64,000 bases of DNA from a virus: positions 64,001 to 128,000 of IMG/VR virus record IMGVR_UViG_3300046170_000148. One strand, 5' to 3'. Numbering within the stretch: position 1 is the first letter of the stretch; each line of letters starts with the position of its first letter. A program made the translations under genes and the position numbers. Shown here in pieces: positions 30,758 through 41,846 of this stretch. The notes under the pieces are model-generated. The model was not told the origin of the DNA and did not search any database. It was given only the letters and a program-made list of their open reading frames with translations.

Positions 30758-32377
30758 TTTGTCTCTCTATTCTTTGCTTTTGCACGGGCGATTCTTGCAC
30801 GGTCGAGCATCGCATCATGTTTCTTTTTATCTTGTTCTTTTTCTCTATCAATGGCTGTTTTTGCCTGTTTGACAGCATCTTCTTTCTGAGCCCGAACACC
30901 ACGAAAGTCTTGATTAGGGAAGACTGTTTTTGATTTACCTGTTCGTGGTTTATCAAGACCCAAATGTTTTGGTAATTTACCTTTTTTGATGAGGTCTTGC
31001 ATGAAGTCGATAACGAGACGAGGACGTTCAACACCCGATACCACGCAAGAAATCAAATGCACCAGTTGAACCAGCCTTTGGATTCTTGCGTCTCCAGTTC
31101 AAATAACCTCGAACTGCTTTCTCGTATTTCTTTTTGTTATAGACCTTCTTGTCCATCCACTGGTCAAACGCTGGCATCAAAGTTCCACCATAGCCTTTGT
31201 CACCGAATGCACCAGTCTTACCAAAGAACTTCTCGTCTACACCTTCCATTGGTGTATCCTTCTTATACTTCTTGACGAGTTTGTCTGTGCCTTCTTCGCC
31301 AGCACCAGACTCACCATACATTGCCTTGAATGACCTAGTATACTTGGACGGTTTGGTTTTCGCACCCTTGTCGCCTGGCGCTGGTTTGTATGCAGACGGG
31401 TCATCATCGTCCTTTGCAGTGCCTTTCTTGAAGTGCGCGGCGCGTTTCTTCTTGGTCGCGACAGACATATCGTCACCTTCAGCGTCTTTCGCATAATACT
31501 TCTTAGGTTGTGTCCCCTTGACATCCTTACCAATCTCAGAGTCTTGAGGTGCTTTCTTCTCAACCAGTTCTACTGCGTCCAACCACTTACGAAGTTTCTT
31601 GTCACCACATTCAACGATGACATAGTTCGCACCCAACACGGATACGATACCAACTTCATCGCTTTCTTTGACAACAACAGTATCACCAATTTCAAACAAC
31701 TCACCAGAGACATATGCCTCACGAGTGTCATCCAGTTTACCTAAGTCGATGTGTCGTTTGAATGAACGTTCCTCTTTCAGACCCATGCCCTTGCGAACAT
31801 CGTTGAAGAGTCTACGAGTGTCCTTGTCGGACATGGACTTTGGAATACCCTGTGAGAATACTTGATAGTCATTGTCTGACACAGCTTGACGCATCTTACT
31901 TGCAGACATACCCTCAACACCTTCTGCATCAGGGTCGCGTCTACCAGCAGATACAACATCAATTGATTCGAAGTTATAGAATCCGTGACGCGCCTTCTTA
32001 CCGTTGTATTTGTTCAACAGGACTTCAAAGGTTCTTAACTGGTCGCCACCGACAACCATTGTGATTCTCTTATAACCCATGTCATACAGTTTGGTGGCAA
32101 TGTCGATTGCGTTTCTTGCAGTCTTATCTACGATGATGTTACGACCATTCTTTGGGAACATCTTGCGTAGGTGTTTAATTTTATCTGAGTATGACAGGGG
32201 GTTTTTCTTTGCGTCTTGGGACTGCGACACATAAATCTTATAGTCAGCACCCTTAGACTTCTTGACCAAAGCGTCAATCAGTTTGCCATGACCAATCGTT
32301 GGTGGATTCATCCGACCAAATGTAAAGAAGACTTCACGTTCTTCTTCTACCAAATATTGACTGAAATTCTTAATCAC
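30754..32377 (-). CDS. HIGH-superfamily nucleotidyltransferase (phage cytidylyltransferase-like) with a long modular C-terminus; frameshift near 31040
   Basis: GTG start MIKNFSQYLVEEE; FGRMNPPTIGH, KNPL, VVGGD, SAG.RDPDAEG and MSASKMR motifs. Confidence 0.82.
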
Positions 32378-32852
32378 TCTTCTTTGCGCCTCTTTTTCTT
32401 GCGAGCTCTGACTTACGAACCGTTGGAAGAAGTTTCTTCGCGATTCTGTCAATGCGTGAACCCATTTTACTTACACGCTTCTCAATCTCTGCGCGGCGAG
32501 CTACTGACAACTCAGACTTATCTATACCCTTAGTAATCTTCTTGACGATTGCTCCACGGGCCTGACGGCGAGCGCGTTTCTTTAACGTATCCATATTCGC
32601 AACACGGCGTGCTGCAATCTTACGTCCTCGCGCAATCTTCGCTTTATTCTTCTTGAGATTTCTTGCCAGTTTACGGCGTTGTTGGACAGTGAGTGCTTCT
32701 GTCTCTATAGGCGCGTGGGTGGAAGAATACTCTGCATCCGTTCCTGCACCGATATCACGCTTACGTTTCTTTGCGTTATATGCCTGTTGAGGGTCACCCG
32801 TTTGGGTGTAGTCAACGTTGATAAAAGTCTTCAGGCTCATTGGTTTAGCCAT
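32370..32852 (-). CDS. Basic R/K-rich conserved phage protein
   Basis: ETEAL site followed by an extremely basic helical region. Confidence 0.65.
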   Translation of the reverse strand: MAKPMSLKTFINVDYTQTGDPQQAYNAKKRKRDIGAGTDAEYSSTHAPIETEALTVQQRRKLARNLKKNKAKIARGRKIAARRVANMDTLKKRARRQARGAIVKKITKGIDKSELSVARRAEIEKRVSKMGSRIDRIAKKLLPTVRKSELARKRGAKKSD

Positions 32853-32856
32853 TTTA

Positions 32857-34093
32857 TTACCTCTTCGGTTTATCCCATCCCTTCAGTATGTCAGGACTGA
32901 AGTTATTATACGAAAATTCTAAAGCGGTCAACCAACTTGACCGCATCACCACCTAATTTATCAATAGCAACAAAACCCTCTGCGCCAGTGCGAACCTTAT
33001 AACCTTTTTTGGTTTGCACAAATGCATCATAGTTTGCAATACTATTAAGTTTATTTATAAGTTTTAGTTTCGCTAATACAATATTTTTCTGTAAATCAAA
33101 CATGTTTACAAGAGATTTTTTGTTCCGTGTAGAGAAGAACTTCATGATTTCATCCAACTTTGCTTGTTGAACCATGCGACCCTTCTCTGATTTACGTTTC
33201 TCCATCTCTTTTACAAACTTATTGTCAATCCATTTGATAAGACCTGTAACATGTTTGTTACTATTCGGAATGACCTGACCCTCACGCACGAAGGTGTTAT
33301 TGTATTGTTCAATCAATCGTGCGAGTTCTTGGTTCTTTTCCAGTTCACGCAAGGTCGAACCCGCAATACTGTTGAAGAGTTTACCAGCCGTTGACAGATG
33401 CTTGGTCACCTCGGCGGTCTCTTTCTTGTTCATTGTCGCACCACCGACATCACGCAACATTGCGTCAGCAGAGTATACATTCTTAGAGGTCTTAAACTTT
33501 GATACATCAACACCGTAGGATGCCTTCATGCTTTCAAAGTCACTCCCTTTGTAGGTTGTGTGCCAGACGATTCCGATTTGCGCTTTGCGAACTGATTCTG
33601 CCTGTTCGTATGGAACTGCGTATATGATTGTATTGGGGTGGAAGGTTGTATACTTCTGACCATCAATCGTTTCATTCTTTAGGTCTGCTTTTGAAAACAA
33701 GAAGTCACCCTGAACGACACCCTTGATGCCCAGTTCAGGTAGGTAACGAAGTGCAGCCTTCATCTTGTCTGCAAGGTCACCTGACATCTCTGCGTCAATC
33801 TCTGCGGCAGACTTATAGATTTTAGGATTCTTCGCAAAGATACCTTTCTTCGCAACAAAGAAGTTCCCGTCTGACGGGTCTTGTCCTGCGAAGATTGCAG
33901 GCGCACCATCCCACTTGACCGATAGTTTAGAACTGGTCTCACCCGCAAGCATGTCACGAAGTTCACGCAATGCATTGATTGCCTGACGAGTTCCGTTCAC
34001 ACCACCATAGAGAACCTTGTCCTCGATATGAGTCATGTGAGTATTCTTTTGCTCACGGAGAAAATCTGGGAAGTGAAGTATCGTGGTGGTCAT
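32857..34093 (-). CDS. Ligase-like covalent nucleotidyltransferase-fold protein (DUF6267-like), frameshift near 32915
   Basis: HMTHIED, SVKWDGAPA (motif I KxDG), QGDFLF, EGFV and VKLVDR. Confidence 0.6.
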
Positions 34094-35392
34094 TACATTA
34101 CCTTCAAATGGACTGCGGAGTCTTTGGTTTGGGATTTAGCAATACGGTAAAGATATTCGATTACCTGTTGTTCTCTACCTTCGATTGCGGTAAACAGTTC
34201 GGTTACCATATACTTAGACATCAACCAATCAACCTGTTTTCCCTCTAGTTTTTTGATGAACTGTTCTTTGGTCATCTTTGGATTATTGCTCATCGAATAG
34301 TTCTGATAGAACTGAGTGTAGAACTTATCAGGACTTGATTTGAAAAGACGTTCAATCACCTTCTTATCAGTCAGAGGTCTACCGACTGCGAGTTTCATTG
34401 CCTCACTGATACCACCGTATGATACCTTACCATGCTTTGCTTTAGTAGCGACAATCTCACATTGGAAGGTTGGGAAGGTTCGGAACTGAATCTGACCTTT
34501 ACCAGCAAAGTATAGATAACCATCTTTGGCAGCAAAGAACTCTCTCTTACCGTATGTCTTGGTTGTAAACTTCGGCGCTTTGAACGGCTTCTTATAGTTC
34601 ACCTGAACCAGTTTCGGTTTCTTACCAATTTTCTTGAGAGAGATGCCCTATGATATCTCTCTCCGCATATGCCTTCAACAACTCGTTATTGAGTTCTGAG
34701 ATACTCGATGCGTTGAGAATATTGTATTTGTTCTCTGCGCCTCTCGCAACTGCCCAGATATCTGCGGGAGTCCACTTGTTTACGTTCTTAAATATTTTCT
34801 CTTGTCGATTAAGTTCTTTGAATTTGTTCTCAAGTGCATCAACCCACGAAGAACCACGATGCCATGTATACTGTTTGCGTTTGAGTGCCTTGTGTAATAG
34901 TCTTGCACCGTTGATAGATGATGCAATCCAACCGTCATCTGACAGAAGGATTTCATCTATCTTCGCGTCACTGTTTACCTTTGCGTATGCAGCCTTCAAG
35001 TCATCAGGGGAGAACTTTGTATTTGGATTGTCCCAGATTACTTGTGCATATACACATTGTGCGGATTCGGTTGCACGGGTCTGGTCTGCACCACCACCCG
35101 AACCACGAGTTCCGCCACCGAACTCCTGAGACTTCTTGAGTTTACCGAATCCAAACTCTTCACCATCAGCCGTCACCAATGGTTTCGTAGACAGACCTTT
35201 CTTATTTCCTGTGCGGATTGCTTTTTCAATGTCTGCGCTGTATTGAATAACAACCTTGTCACCACTCGTAAGTTCGAATGGTTCACCCATTTTCATCTTT
35301 TTGATGAAGAGGTCTGCCCGATATTCTCTGTCTGGACGGATTATTTCCGCAAACGAGAGAACACTTTCACTGAGTTCGTTAAGAGATAACAT
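34093..35392 (-). CDS. PD-(D/E)xK nuclease-like protein (frameshift near 34640)
   Basis: TESAQC, NKWTPADIW and IIG(I)SLK motifs; contiguous fragments 34622-35392 and 34093-34602. Confidence 0.5.
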
Positions 35393-35426
35393 CGATTTCC
35401 CATTTATACAAATAGTATTATACCAC

Positions 35427-35434
35427 TATTTATA
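35427..35434 (-). promoter_or_regulatory. T4-type late promoter TATAAATA
   Basis: Exact match heading the 24.6-35.4 kb late cluster. Confidence 0.75.
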
Positions 35435-36110
35435 ATAAAATGGAAGTCGAATCTTGCTCTTCGTTATACTTTTTGATGGTGTCACGCAAAGAATTTATCC
35501 AGTTATCACGATGTTCGACAAAGATTTGTGGTTTATCCATACCATCAACACTGATGATAGTCACCAACTGTGTGATAGGTTGTCCCGTGCGTTCTTCCCA
35601 CATAATAGCATATGCGGCTTCCTGCATGAAGTAGTTGTTAATCCAACTCTTCTGTTTCTTCTTCATTGCAGTCTTGAAGTCGATGATAGACAGTTTACCA
35701 TCAAACTCAGCAACACAGTCAACACGACCAGCAACACCCAAGTGTGTAGAGTAGAGCGGTGCTTCCTGTGCGTAGACAGTTCCAATCAAACCATCAAGAA
35801 TTGGTTTCATAACATTGAATGAGTGAATGATGTCTGGAGTATAACCGTCTTTGTAGTTCGGGTCATTGTCAATATACTTCTCAGTGATTTCGTGAACACG
35901 AGTTCCGCGACCTGATGCACGACCAGAGATTTTGTTTGCCTCTGCTTCACCAACACGTTTACGCCACTTTGCGATAGAGTCACGAGATAGAATAGACAGG
36001 ACAGTTGTGATAGATGGAAGGTCGATTCCTTCGGGGGTCTTATACTTACGTCCAGAGTCGGTTGTCACCGCATTCATTTCAGTTAGTTCTACTTGTTCAT
36101 GATTAAACAT
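35430..36110 (-). CDS. Cas4-like PD-(D/E)xK exonuclease of T4-like phages
   Basis: PSITTVL, RGT.VH, AGRVDC...IIDFKT and Q.AAYA motifs. Confidence 0.85.
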   Translation of the reverse strand: MFNHEQVELTEMNAVTTDSGRKYKTPEGIDLPSITTVLSILSRDSIAKWRKRVGEAEANKISGRASGRGTRVHEITEKYIDNDPNYKDGYTPDIIHSFNVMKPILDGLIGTVYAQEAPLYSTHLGVAGRVDCVAEFDGKLSIIDFKTAMKKKQKSWINNYFMQEAAYAIMWEERTGQPITQLVTIISVDGMDKPQIFVEHRDNWINSLRDTIKKYNEEQDSTSILL

Positions 36111-36696
36111 TTCGTATATTTTCCATTTTATTTCGTGCTGCTTTCCACTGAGTATATGTCAATGGTTGACGAGCCTTACCACATTTGAGTTTGCGTTTGG
36201 CGAACTCTTCCTTGAGTATCTTCTTGGCATCTGCACCGATGAATGCACCGACCAGTTCCAACAAGGCACGGCGGAAAGAACGACCATGATGCATGTGACC
36301 CAAACAATGTGTCAACTCATGCAACAGAGTGTATTCGTCCAACCCTGCTTTACTATCTAGGACTACCGACCAACCGTCAGTCCAACCAGCAGTGCCACGA
36401 CCCGTGTTGCGTTCTTTGAGAACAACTGCGGGTTGCTTCATGAGGTTACGGTCTGTGCGACCTTCTAGTTTCCAGACCTTCTGCCACTTCTTGGTCGCAT
36501 AGATTTGCTTTGCACGTTTCTGTGCTTCTTTCAGATTTTCGAACTCTTTGACTTTGTATCGTCTCTGAAAGGCAAACTCTGCTTGATAGGTCTTAGACTT
36601 CTCTGAGTCCACTCGACCAGCAGCACCACGGTTTTGTTTGTGACTATGCTTTCGTTTATATTCAGCATACAACATTTTCAACGCATCTAGTTCCAT
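36103..36696 (-). CDS. Zincin-like metalloprotease
   Basis: TLLHELTH...HG.SF motif. Confidence 0.7.
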   Translation of the reverse strand: MELDALKMLYAEYKRKHSHKQNRGAAGRVDSEKSKTYQAEFAFQRRYKVKEFENLKEAQKRAKQIYATKKWQKVWKLEGRTDRNLMKQPAVVLKERNTGRGTAGWTDGWSVVLDSKAGLDEYTLLHELTHCLGHMHHGRSFRRALLELVGAFIGADAKKILKEEFAKRKLKCGKARQPLTYTQWKAARNKMENIRNV

Positions 36697-37133
36697 TGTG
36701 CTAACATGTCCTTTGCTTCTTGTGATACCTGTGCTTCACGACCATACGCATCGATTTCCCACGGTTGGTCTTCATACTTTGTATTCGTATGATACTCACC
36801 ATCCCACTCGGCAACTTTAACCAGACAGTCGTTGACAATCTGAATACCGTGGTCATTCAACCGACCACTGGCAATCTGTTGAGCATGAATCATCTCATGA
36901 GCAATGTTGACTTTGATAGTCTCAATATCAAGAGCCTCACCTTGAACGTGTGTAGCAATCTCGATATCGATGTCTTCGGCATCACCGTAACAATAACCAC
37001 CAGCATCACCATCACACTTCTTCATCAAGTCAATGCGAAGGTCACCCTCATGACTGTCAAGATTGAGAATCACAGCAACTGCGTTGATGTAATCCTCAAC
37101 CTCATAACCATTGTCTTCCAAATAAATATTCAT
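36687..37133 (-). CDS. Zincin-like metalloprotease
   Basis: IAHEMIHAQQ...Y.DQPWEIDAY motif. Confidence 0.75.
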   Translation of the reverse strand: MNIYLEDNGYEVEDYINAVAVILNLDSHEGDLRIDLMKKCDGDAGGYCYGDAEDIDIEIATHVQGEALDIETIKVNIAHEMIHAQQIASGRLNDHGIQIVNDCLVKVAEWDGEYHTNTKYEDQPWEIDAYGREAQVSQEAKDMLAQWN

Positions 37134-37160
37134 AACAACCTCTCTTCTCACTATACCTTT

Positions 37161-37189
37161 ATAGTATCAGCTTGGGCAGAAATTGTCAA
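37161..37189 (-). promoter_or_regulatory. sigma70-type early promoter TTGACA-17-TACTAT
   Basis: Read directly. Confidence 0.75.
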
Positions 37190-37218
37190 GAACTTTCTTT
37201 CATAACAATATCAATGGC

Positions 37219-37788
37219 TTAGACAGGAGCTCCAGTCACTTCGAGACTTTCCAGAACTTTTAGGACATTCTGTGGAGATGATTCGCCATATGGGTCTTCA
37301 CCATGATTGTCCCCAAAGTCTGGTTCTGGTAAGAATGCCTCGACCACACCATTATCAACAATCATTGCATAACGCCATGAACGATACCCGAAACCAAGAT
37401 TTGCTTTGTCAACCAACATACCCATCTTGCGAGTAAACTCACCCGAACCATCAGGAACAACTTTCACATGTTCGAGGTTCTGGTCTTTTGCCCAACAGTT
37501 CATTACGAAACTGTCATTGACTGATACACAATAGACATCATCGATACCATACTTTGCAAACTCACCTTCAGCCATCAGACGCTCAAAGTCAGGCAACTGA
37601 TATGTTGAACACGTTGGAGTAAATGCGCCTGGCAGTGAGAACACCACCACACGTTTATGTAAGTCTTTACCACCGAATAGAAACGAACTATTTACTTGTC
37701 GCCATTCAAATGGATTGTCTCCACCCAGTTCATCATTACGAACACGGGTTGGAAATGTTACTTGAGGTAATACAACACCTTTATTCAT
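37219..37788 (-). CDS. Peroxiredoxin (Prx5 class)
   Basis: LPGAFTPTCS, SVNDSFVM and RSWRYAM motifs. Confidence 0.93.
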   Translation of the reverse strand: MNKGVVLPQVTFPTRVRNDELGGDNPFEWRQVNSSFLFGGKDLHKRVVVFSLPGAFTPTCSTYQLPDFERLMAEGEFAKYGIDDVYCVSVNDSFVMNCWAKDQNLEHVKVVPDGSGEFTRKMGMLVDKANLGFGYRSWRYAMIVDNGVVEAFLPEPDFGDNHGEDPYGESSPQNVLKVLESLEVTGAPV

Positions 37789-37858
37789 CGTCTTTATTTT
37801 CCCTTATACGCCACGGACGAACATCTTCGCCCAGCGAATCTTCATAGTTTATATTGTA

Positions 37859-37885
37859 GTAGGCAGGATAAAAAATCCTACCCAC
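37859..37885 (-). terminator. Hairpin downstream of the DUF932 gene
   Basis: GTGGGTAGGA/TCCTGCCTAC stem; no clear U-tract. Confidence 0.45.
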
Positions 37886-37901
37886 CAGATTTCCAATCCA
37901 A

Positions 37902-38852
37902 TCAAGAAGCGAGAGCATATTCTACTGCTTTCTCGACTGCTTTGACTTTGCGTGATTGGTTTGCACCAAACCATGCAGAAGTCAAACGTGTGTCTGCCTC
38001 ACGACCCATCTTGTGGTCAGTCAGGTAGGTCACGCTATTTAGTGCTTGCCACCATGTGCCTTCACCAAACTCTGCGCCAGGCTGAGTTTCCAGAACCTCA
38101 TATGCTTTCTTCGCATTGGTGGTCAGGTCTTCGACAGACTGGACATTAACTTCACTCTTACCTTGATAGGTGCGAGGGAATACTTCGTTGTAATACTCAA
38201 CCAGTGAACCAACCGTGAAACGTTTGGACGAAAGAAACTCTGCGGTCTCTTTATACTGTTGGAACTTCTCATGAGCAATACCCAGAGTTTCTTTCACGGA
38301 GTCAGGATTGAATGCAGTGCGGTGGTTCAGAGATACCGAATTTGCAACCTTCTGACCAAGCGACAGTGACAGTGTGTTGTTGCACACTACACGAATCGGA
38401 GTGAACCGAACATCGATGGACTTACCATACTGATGCGGGTTAGAGAACAAAAGGTATGAGTCAACTTGGTCACCACCAAGAATGTCAAAGGTGTCTTTTA
38501 CTTTCGCAAGACCCCACACCATGTTACCATCTTTGAGTGAACCAGCGGTGTGCATTTCCATATCACCCGCAAGAACATACTCAGAGAAGAACTCAAACGC
38601 TTCGCTGTTCTGAACTGGATTCCATCCTTTACCGATGACATCCAGAACTTTGTTGTCAGAGGAACGGACAAGCGCTTGTTTACCTTCTACTGTTGCACCA
38701 GACGATGTTACGAGGTCTTCCTTCTCAACTGTCCAGTCCAGACCAGCCTTCTCCATCATCTGACGGGGAGTCAGGTCATTTGATACAGGAACACCGAGAC
38801 CGTGCCACGGAACTTCTCCTGCGTATGCCATTGTTTCTACTGCATGTGCCAT
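37902..38852 (-). CDS. DUF932-family protein
   Basis: PWHGLG, AGLDW.V, PVQN.EAF.FF, TAGSL, TPIRVVCNNTL and GTWW.A.N.VT motifs. Confidence 0.88.
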   Translation of the reverse strand: MAHAVETMAYAGEVPWHGLGVPVSNDLTPRQMMEKAGLDWTVEKEDLVTSSGATVEGKQALVRSSDNKVLDVIGKGWNPVQNSEAFEFFSEYVLAGDMEMHTAGSLKDGNMVWGLAKVKDTFDILGGDQVDSYLLFSNPHQYGKSIDVRFTPIRVVCNNTLSLSLGQKVANSVSLNHRTAFNPDSVKETLGIAHEKFQQYKETAEFLSSKRFTVGSLVEYYNEVFPRTYQGKSEVNVQSVEDLTTNAKKAYEVLETQPGAEFGEGTWWQALNSVTYLTDHKMGREADTRLTSAWFGANQSRKVKAVEKAVEYALAS

Positions 38853-38886
38853 AATCAATCTCCTTCTATTTCTCGATTATGTTCTT

Positions 38887-38915
38887 ATAATAACACAAAC
38901 TTATAATAAAGTCAA
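38887..38915 (-). promoter_or_regulatory. sigma70-type early promoter TTGACT-17-TATTAT
   Basis: Read directly upstream of the DUF932 gene. Confidence 0.65.
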
Positions 38916-38923
38916 GCGTTTTT

Positions 38924-40742
38924 TTACGCTCTAGGAGAAAAAATTTCAATCAATTCATCTTTACCCTTCACCTTGATATCACCAATCTTCTTGGTTGGCA
39001 TATCAATCTGGTCATTCGTATAAGATGATATGATAGTCTTGTAATCTATGTAGTCGCCTCGTGCGGCAGTGGCTTCTAGTCTTGCTGCAAGGTTGACCGC
39101 ATCTCCAATAACTGAGTAATCAAATCTGGATTCAGAACCCATGTTGCCAACAATACAGTCCCCAGTGTTAATTCCAGTCCCCACGTTGATAGGAGGGAGA
39201 CCAGCTTCTTCATATTTTTTTCTAAGTTCATTGGTCTTTTCCTCAATCTGAATAGCAGACTTCACTGCCATCTCTGCGTGGTTAGGGCAAGGTAACGGTG
39301 CGTTCCAGAATGCCATGATACAATCACCCATATACTTATCTATAGTGCCGCCATTGTCTTGAATGATTTTAGTCATCTGATTCAGATAATCATTGATAAG
39401 ATGCACGAGCCCTTCAGGGGTCATCGTTGTTTTTGTAGTGTTCTGATATCGGGGTGAACCCACAGATATCCATAAACAGGAATGTCATCTCTTTGCGTTC
39501 ACCACCCAACTTCATGAGACTTGGGTCTTTGGCAAGCATGTCAACCATGTCGGGTGATAGGTATGTCCCGAACTGACCCTTAATCATTTGTTTCGCCTTG
39601 AACTGCGTATAGAACTGCACAAACGAACCGTGTGCGAAGATTATAACAAATGTTATAACAGGGAAGATAGGGTCAAGGAGCATAAAGGTATTGTCGAATA
39701 TCAGTGACGCACCATTCACGAAACTTGAACTGATGATGAGGAAAACTACCCCCGAAATCACGATAGAGAGTTTAGATAACATGAATAGTATCACTATCGA
39801 TACCACTATCGTTGCGAAAAGTTCATAAAACTTAAACTCTGGCATTCGTGTGATAGTCACACCGTCAATCATCGTCTTCAACAGGTTTGCCTGAATGTCG
39901 TGGGGATACATCGCACCAACAGGAGTTGATACAACAGATGTTCCCTTGAAGGTCGCACCCAGTATCGCAATGCTTCCTGCGGGTATCTGGTCTATCTCTG
40001 TGAAGGAATATCTCTTGAACTCGTTCCAGAATGCGATACGCACATTACTATTATCGTCTGTCTGCACCACATCAAACTTCGGTATGCGAACAAATCGTAT
40101 TCCATAATCGTCTGTCTTGACTTGATAGGATACATCACCCGCAGCCACACGAAGGATATCCAATGCAAAGGCAGGATACATGCGACCCTCAAAATTCTCA
40201 ATCAAGGGGACTCTGCGTGTGATACCATCAGTGTCTTGTGTAGATGACATTGTTCCATAACCGATTGCAGCGTCCATGATTTCAGGTCGCGCAAATAACA
40301 TACCCTCAAGTTCAGGTCGGAACTCTACTGCGTCTCTTTCACCGAATGTTGCTACACCTACAGGTTTTGGTCGGGAGTCTATGTTCGTCTTATCGTTTGG
40401 TGCAATGGATACTACTGCGTTCATATCAAACAACGCATCAGCAAGTGCGTCATCACCACCGAACCTGTCTGGTTCTGACAACAAGATATTGATACCCAGT
40501 ATCGAGTTATTGAGTTTTACCAACTCATCTGCCATCGTTTCGCGGGGAATAGGATACTGACCGAACTCCTCTAGAGTCAGCTCGTCAATATCAATAAGGA
40601 CAATCTGTTCTGATTGTTTAGCGTCCTGTCCTCTTTGCATCGAGTCAAAGAAAGACAGTCTTGCACTTTCGAGTAGAAAGGGGTCAAGCAGTCTCAGGGT
40701 TACCATCAACCCCAGAGTAATAAGGACGTGCCACGTTTTCAT
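38924..40742 (-). CDS. CHASE2-domain class III adenylate cyclase (frameshift near 39420)
   Basis: N-terminal TM; CHASE2 motifs IVLIDIDE..L...GQYP.PR and DGITRRVP; three TMs; cyclase motifs FMDICGFT, DKYMGDCIMAFWNAP and DYSVIGDAVNLAARLE. Confidence 0.92.
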
Positions 40743-41846
40743 TGTTTGATATTTATAGTAGAACTACCACCACCGTTTACGGTGATAGGGTCAAACTCTC
40801 GGCCTTCGGTATCGAGGTTTATTGTTGTCTCTTCGTTATTCGATACAGATATCTCTACGATGTTCTGCACATTTCGAATCAAAGTGACTTTCTCACCATC
40901 GACAATCGTGTTGATTTGTGTATCTCCGTCAAACCCTTCTAGTGTCCCTTCTACAAGCGTTTCGCCTTTGTCTTCCTTTTCTTTCAACAACTCTGCGTCT
41001 AGGTCAGAGTATGTGTCAAGTAGATTTGTCAGGAAGTCCACATCCAGATAGTCAATGTCTAGTTCTGTAAACTCCAGATAATCACGTTCTAGTTCATCAT
41101 CTTCGAGTAGTTGCTCATCGAGAAAATCGATATCAAGAGGATTGATATTCTGCCGACTATTTACTGACGTATAGAACTCTTGTTCTGTCATTCTCTCTTT
41201 AGGTGGATTGATAATCAAAATGTTATCCAGCATATCTAGAGTCAAGTCTAGAATAGCAGGATTGCTGGGAGGCATTTCACTCACAGAGGTTGTAGTGGAT
41301 TGAAACGGTTTATTCAATACCACCTCACCAGTCATAGTTGCAACAATAATTTCACCCGATGATATCCCATTCACATCGGGTAACAGCACTACAAGTGTGC
41401 GACCAAACTCGTCTACGGTCACAGTAAAGTCTGTGCCGCGAATACCGATTGAGGCAGTCGGTGTTCTCAATCTAATATTCTCTTTTTCAATCGTCCCAAG
41501 TTTGCCTGTAATGAAACGAGCAGTTCCCTGCGCGAATGTCATTGCAAGGTCAGACTTGCTTGGGTCATCATCAAACACCACATTGTCAATCACAATGCGT
41601 GTGTGTTCGGTCATGCGAAGTTTCGAATCATCGACAAACTTCACCTGCATACGCCCCTCGCCTGTGCGAAGGTCGTCTTTTGATATTATATCGAACCCTT
41701 TTTCAGGTTCGAGTTCATTGGTATCTCTTACAACTTGTCTCCAGCCGACTGCGTCGGTCAATGAGACCTACATCCTTACTGACAGCCGGTAGCGGTGCCA
41801 GAATCAGACTGAGCGATGCATAGAGTATTATCCGTGGTAGCGTCAC
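40739..41846 (-). CDS. FecR-domain periplasmic protein with an acidic tail (frameshift near 41760)
   Basis: D.LRTG...F.DDS......T and TPTASIGIRGTDF motifs; signal peptide MTLPRIILYASLSLILAPLPAVS from a GTG at 41846 overlapping the upstream gene. Confidence 0.8.
40750..40757 (-). promoter_or_regulatory. Possible internal late promoter TATAAATA before the cyclase gene
   Basis: Exact match 7 nt before the ATG at 40742. Confidence 0.5.

Noticed and set aside
35430-36110. CRISPR-Cas system suggested by a Cas4-like nuclease
   Set aside because: No repeat-spacer array or other cas genes were seen; stand-alone exonucleases of this type are usual in T4-like phages
38924-40742. Separate CHASE2 sensor and stand-alone cyclase genes
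   Set aside because: The break falls inside the cyclase domain (after FMDICGFT...NDDP) at a C-run; a single gene is more parsimonious
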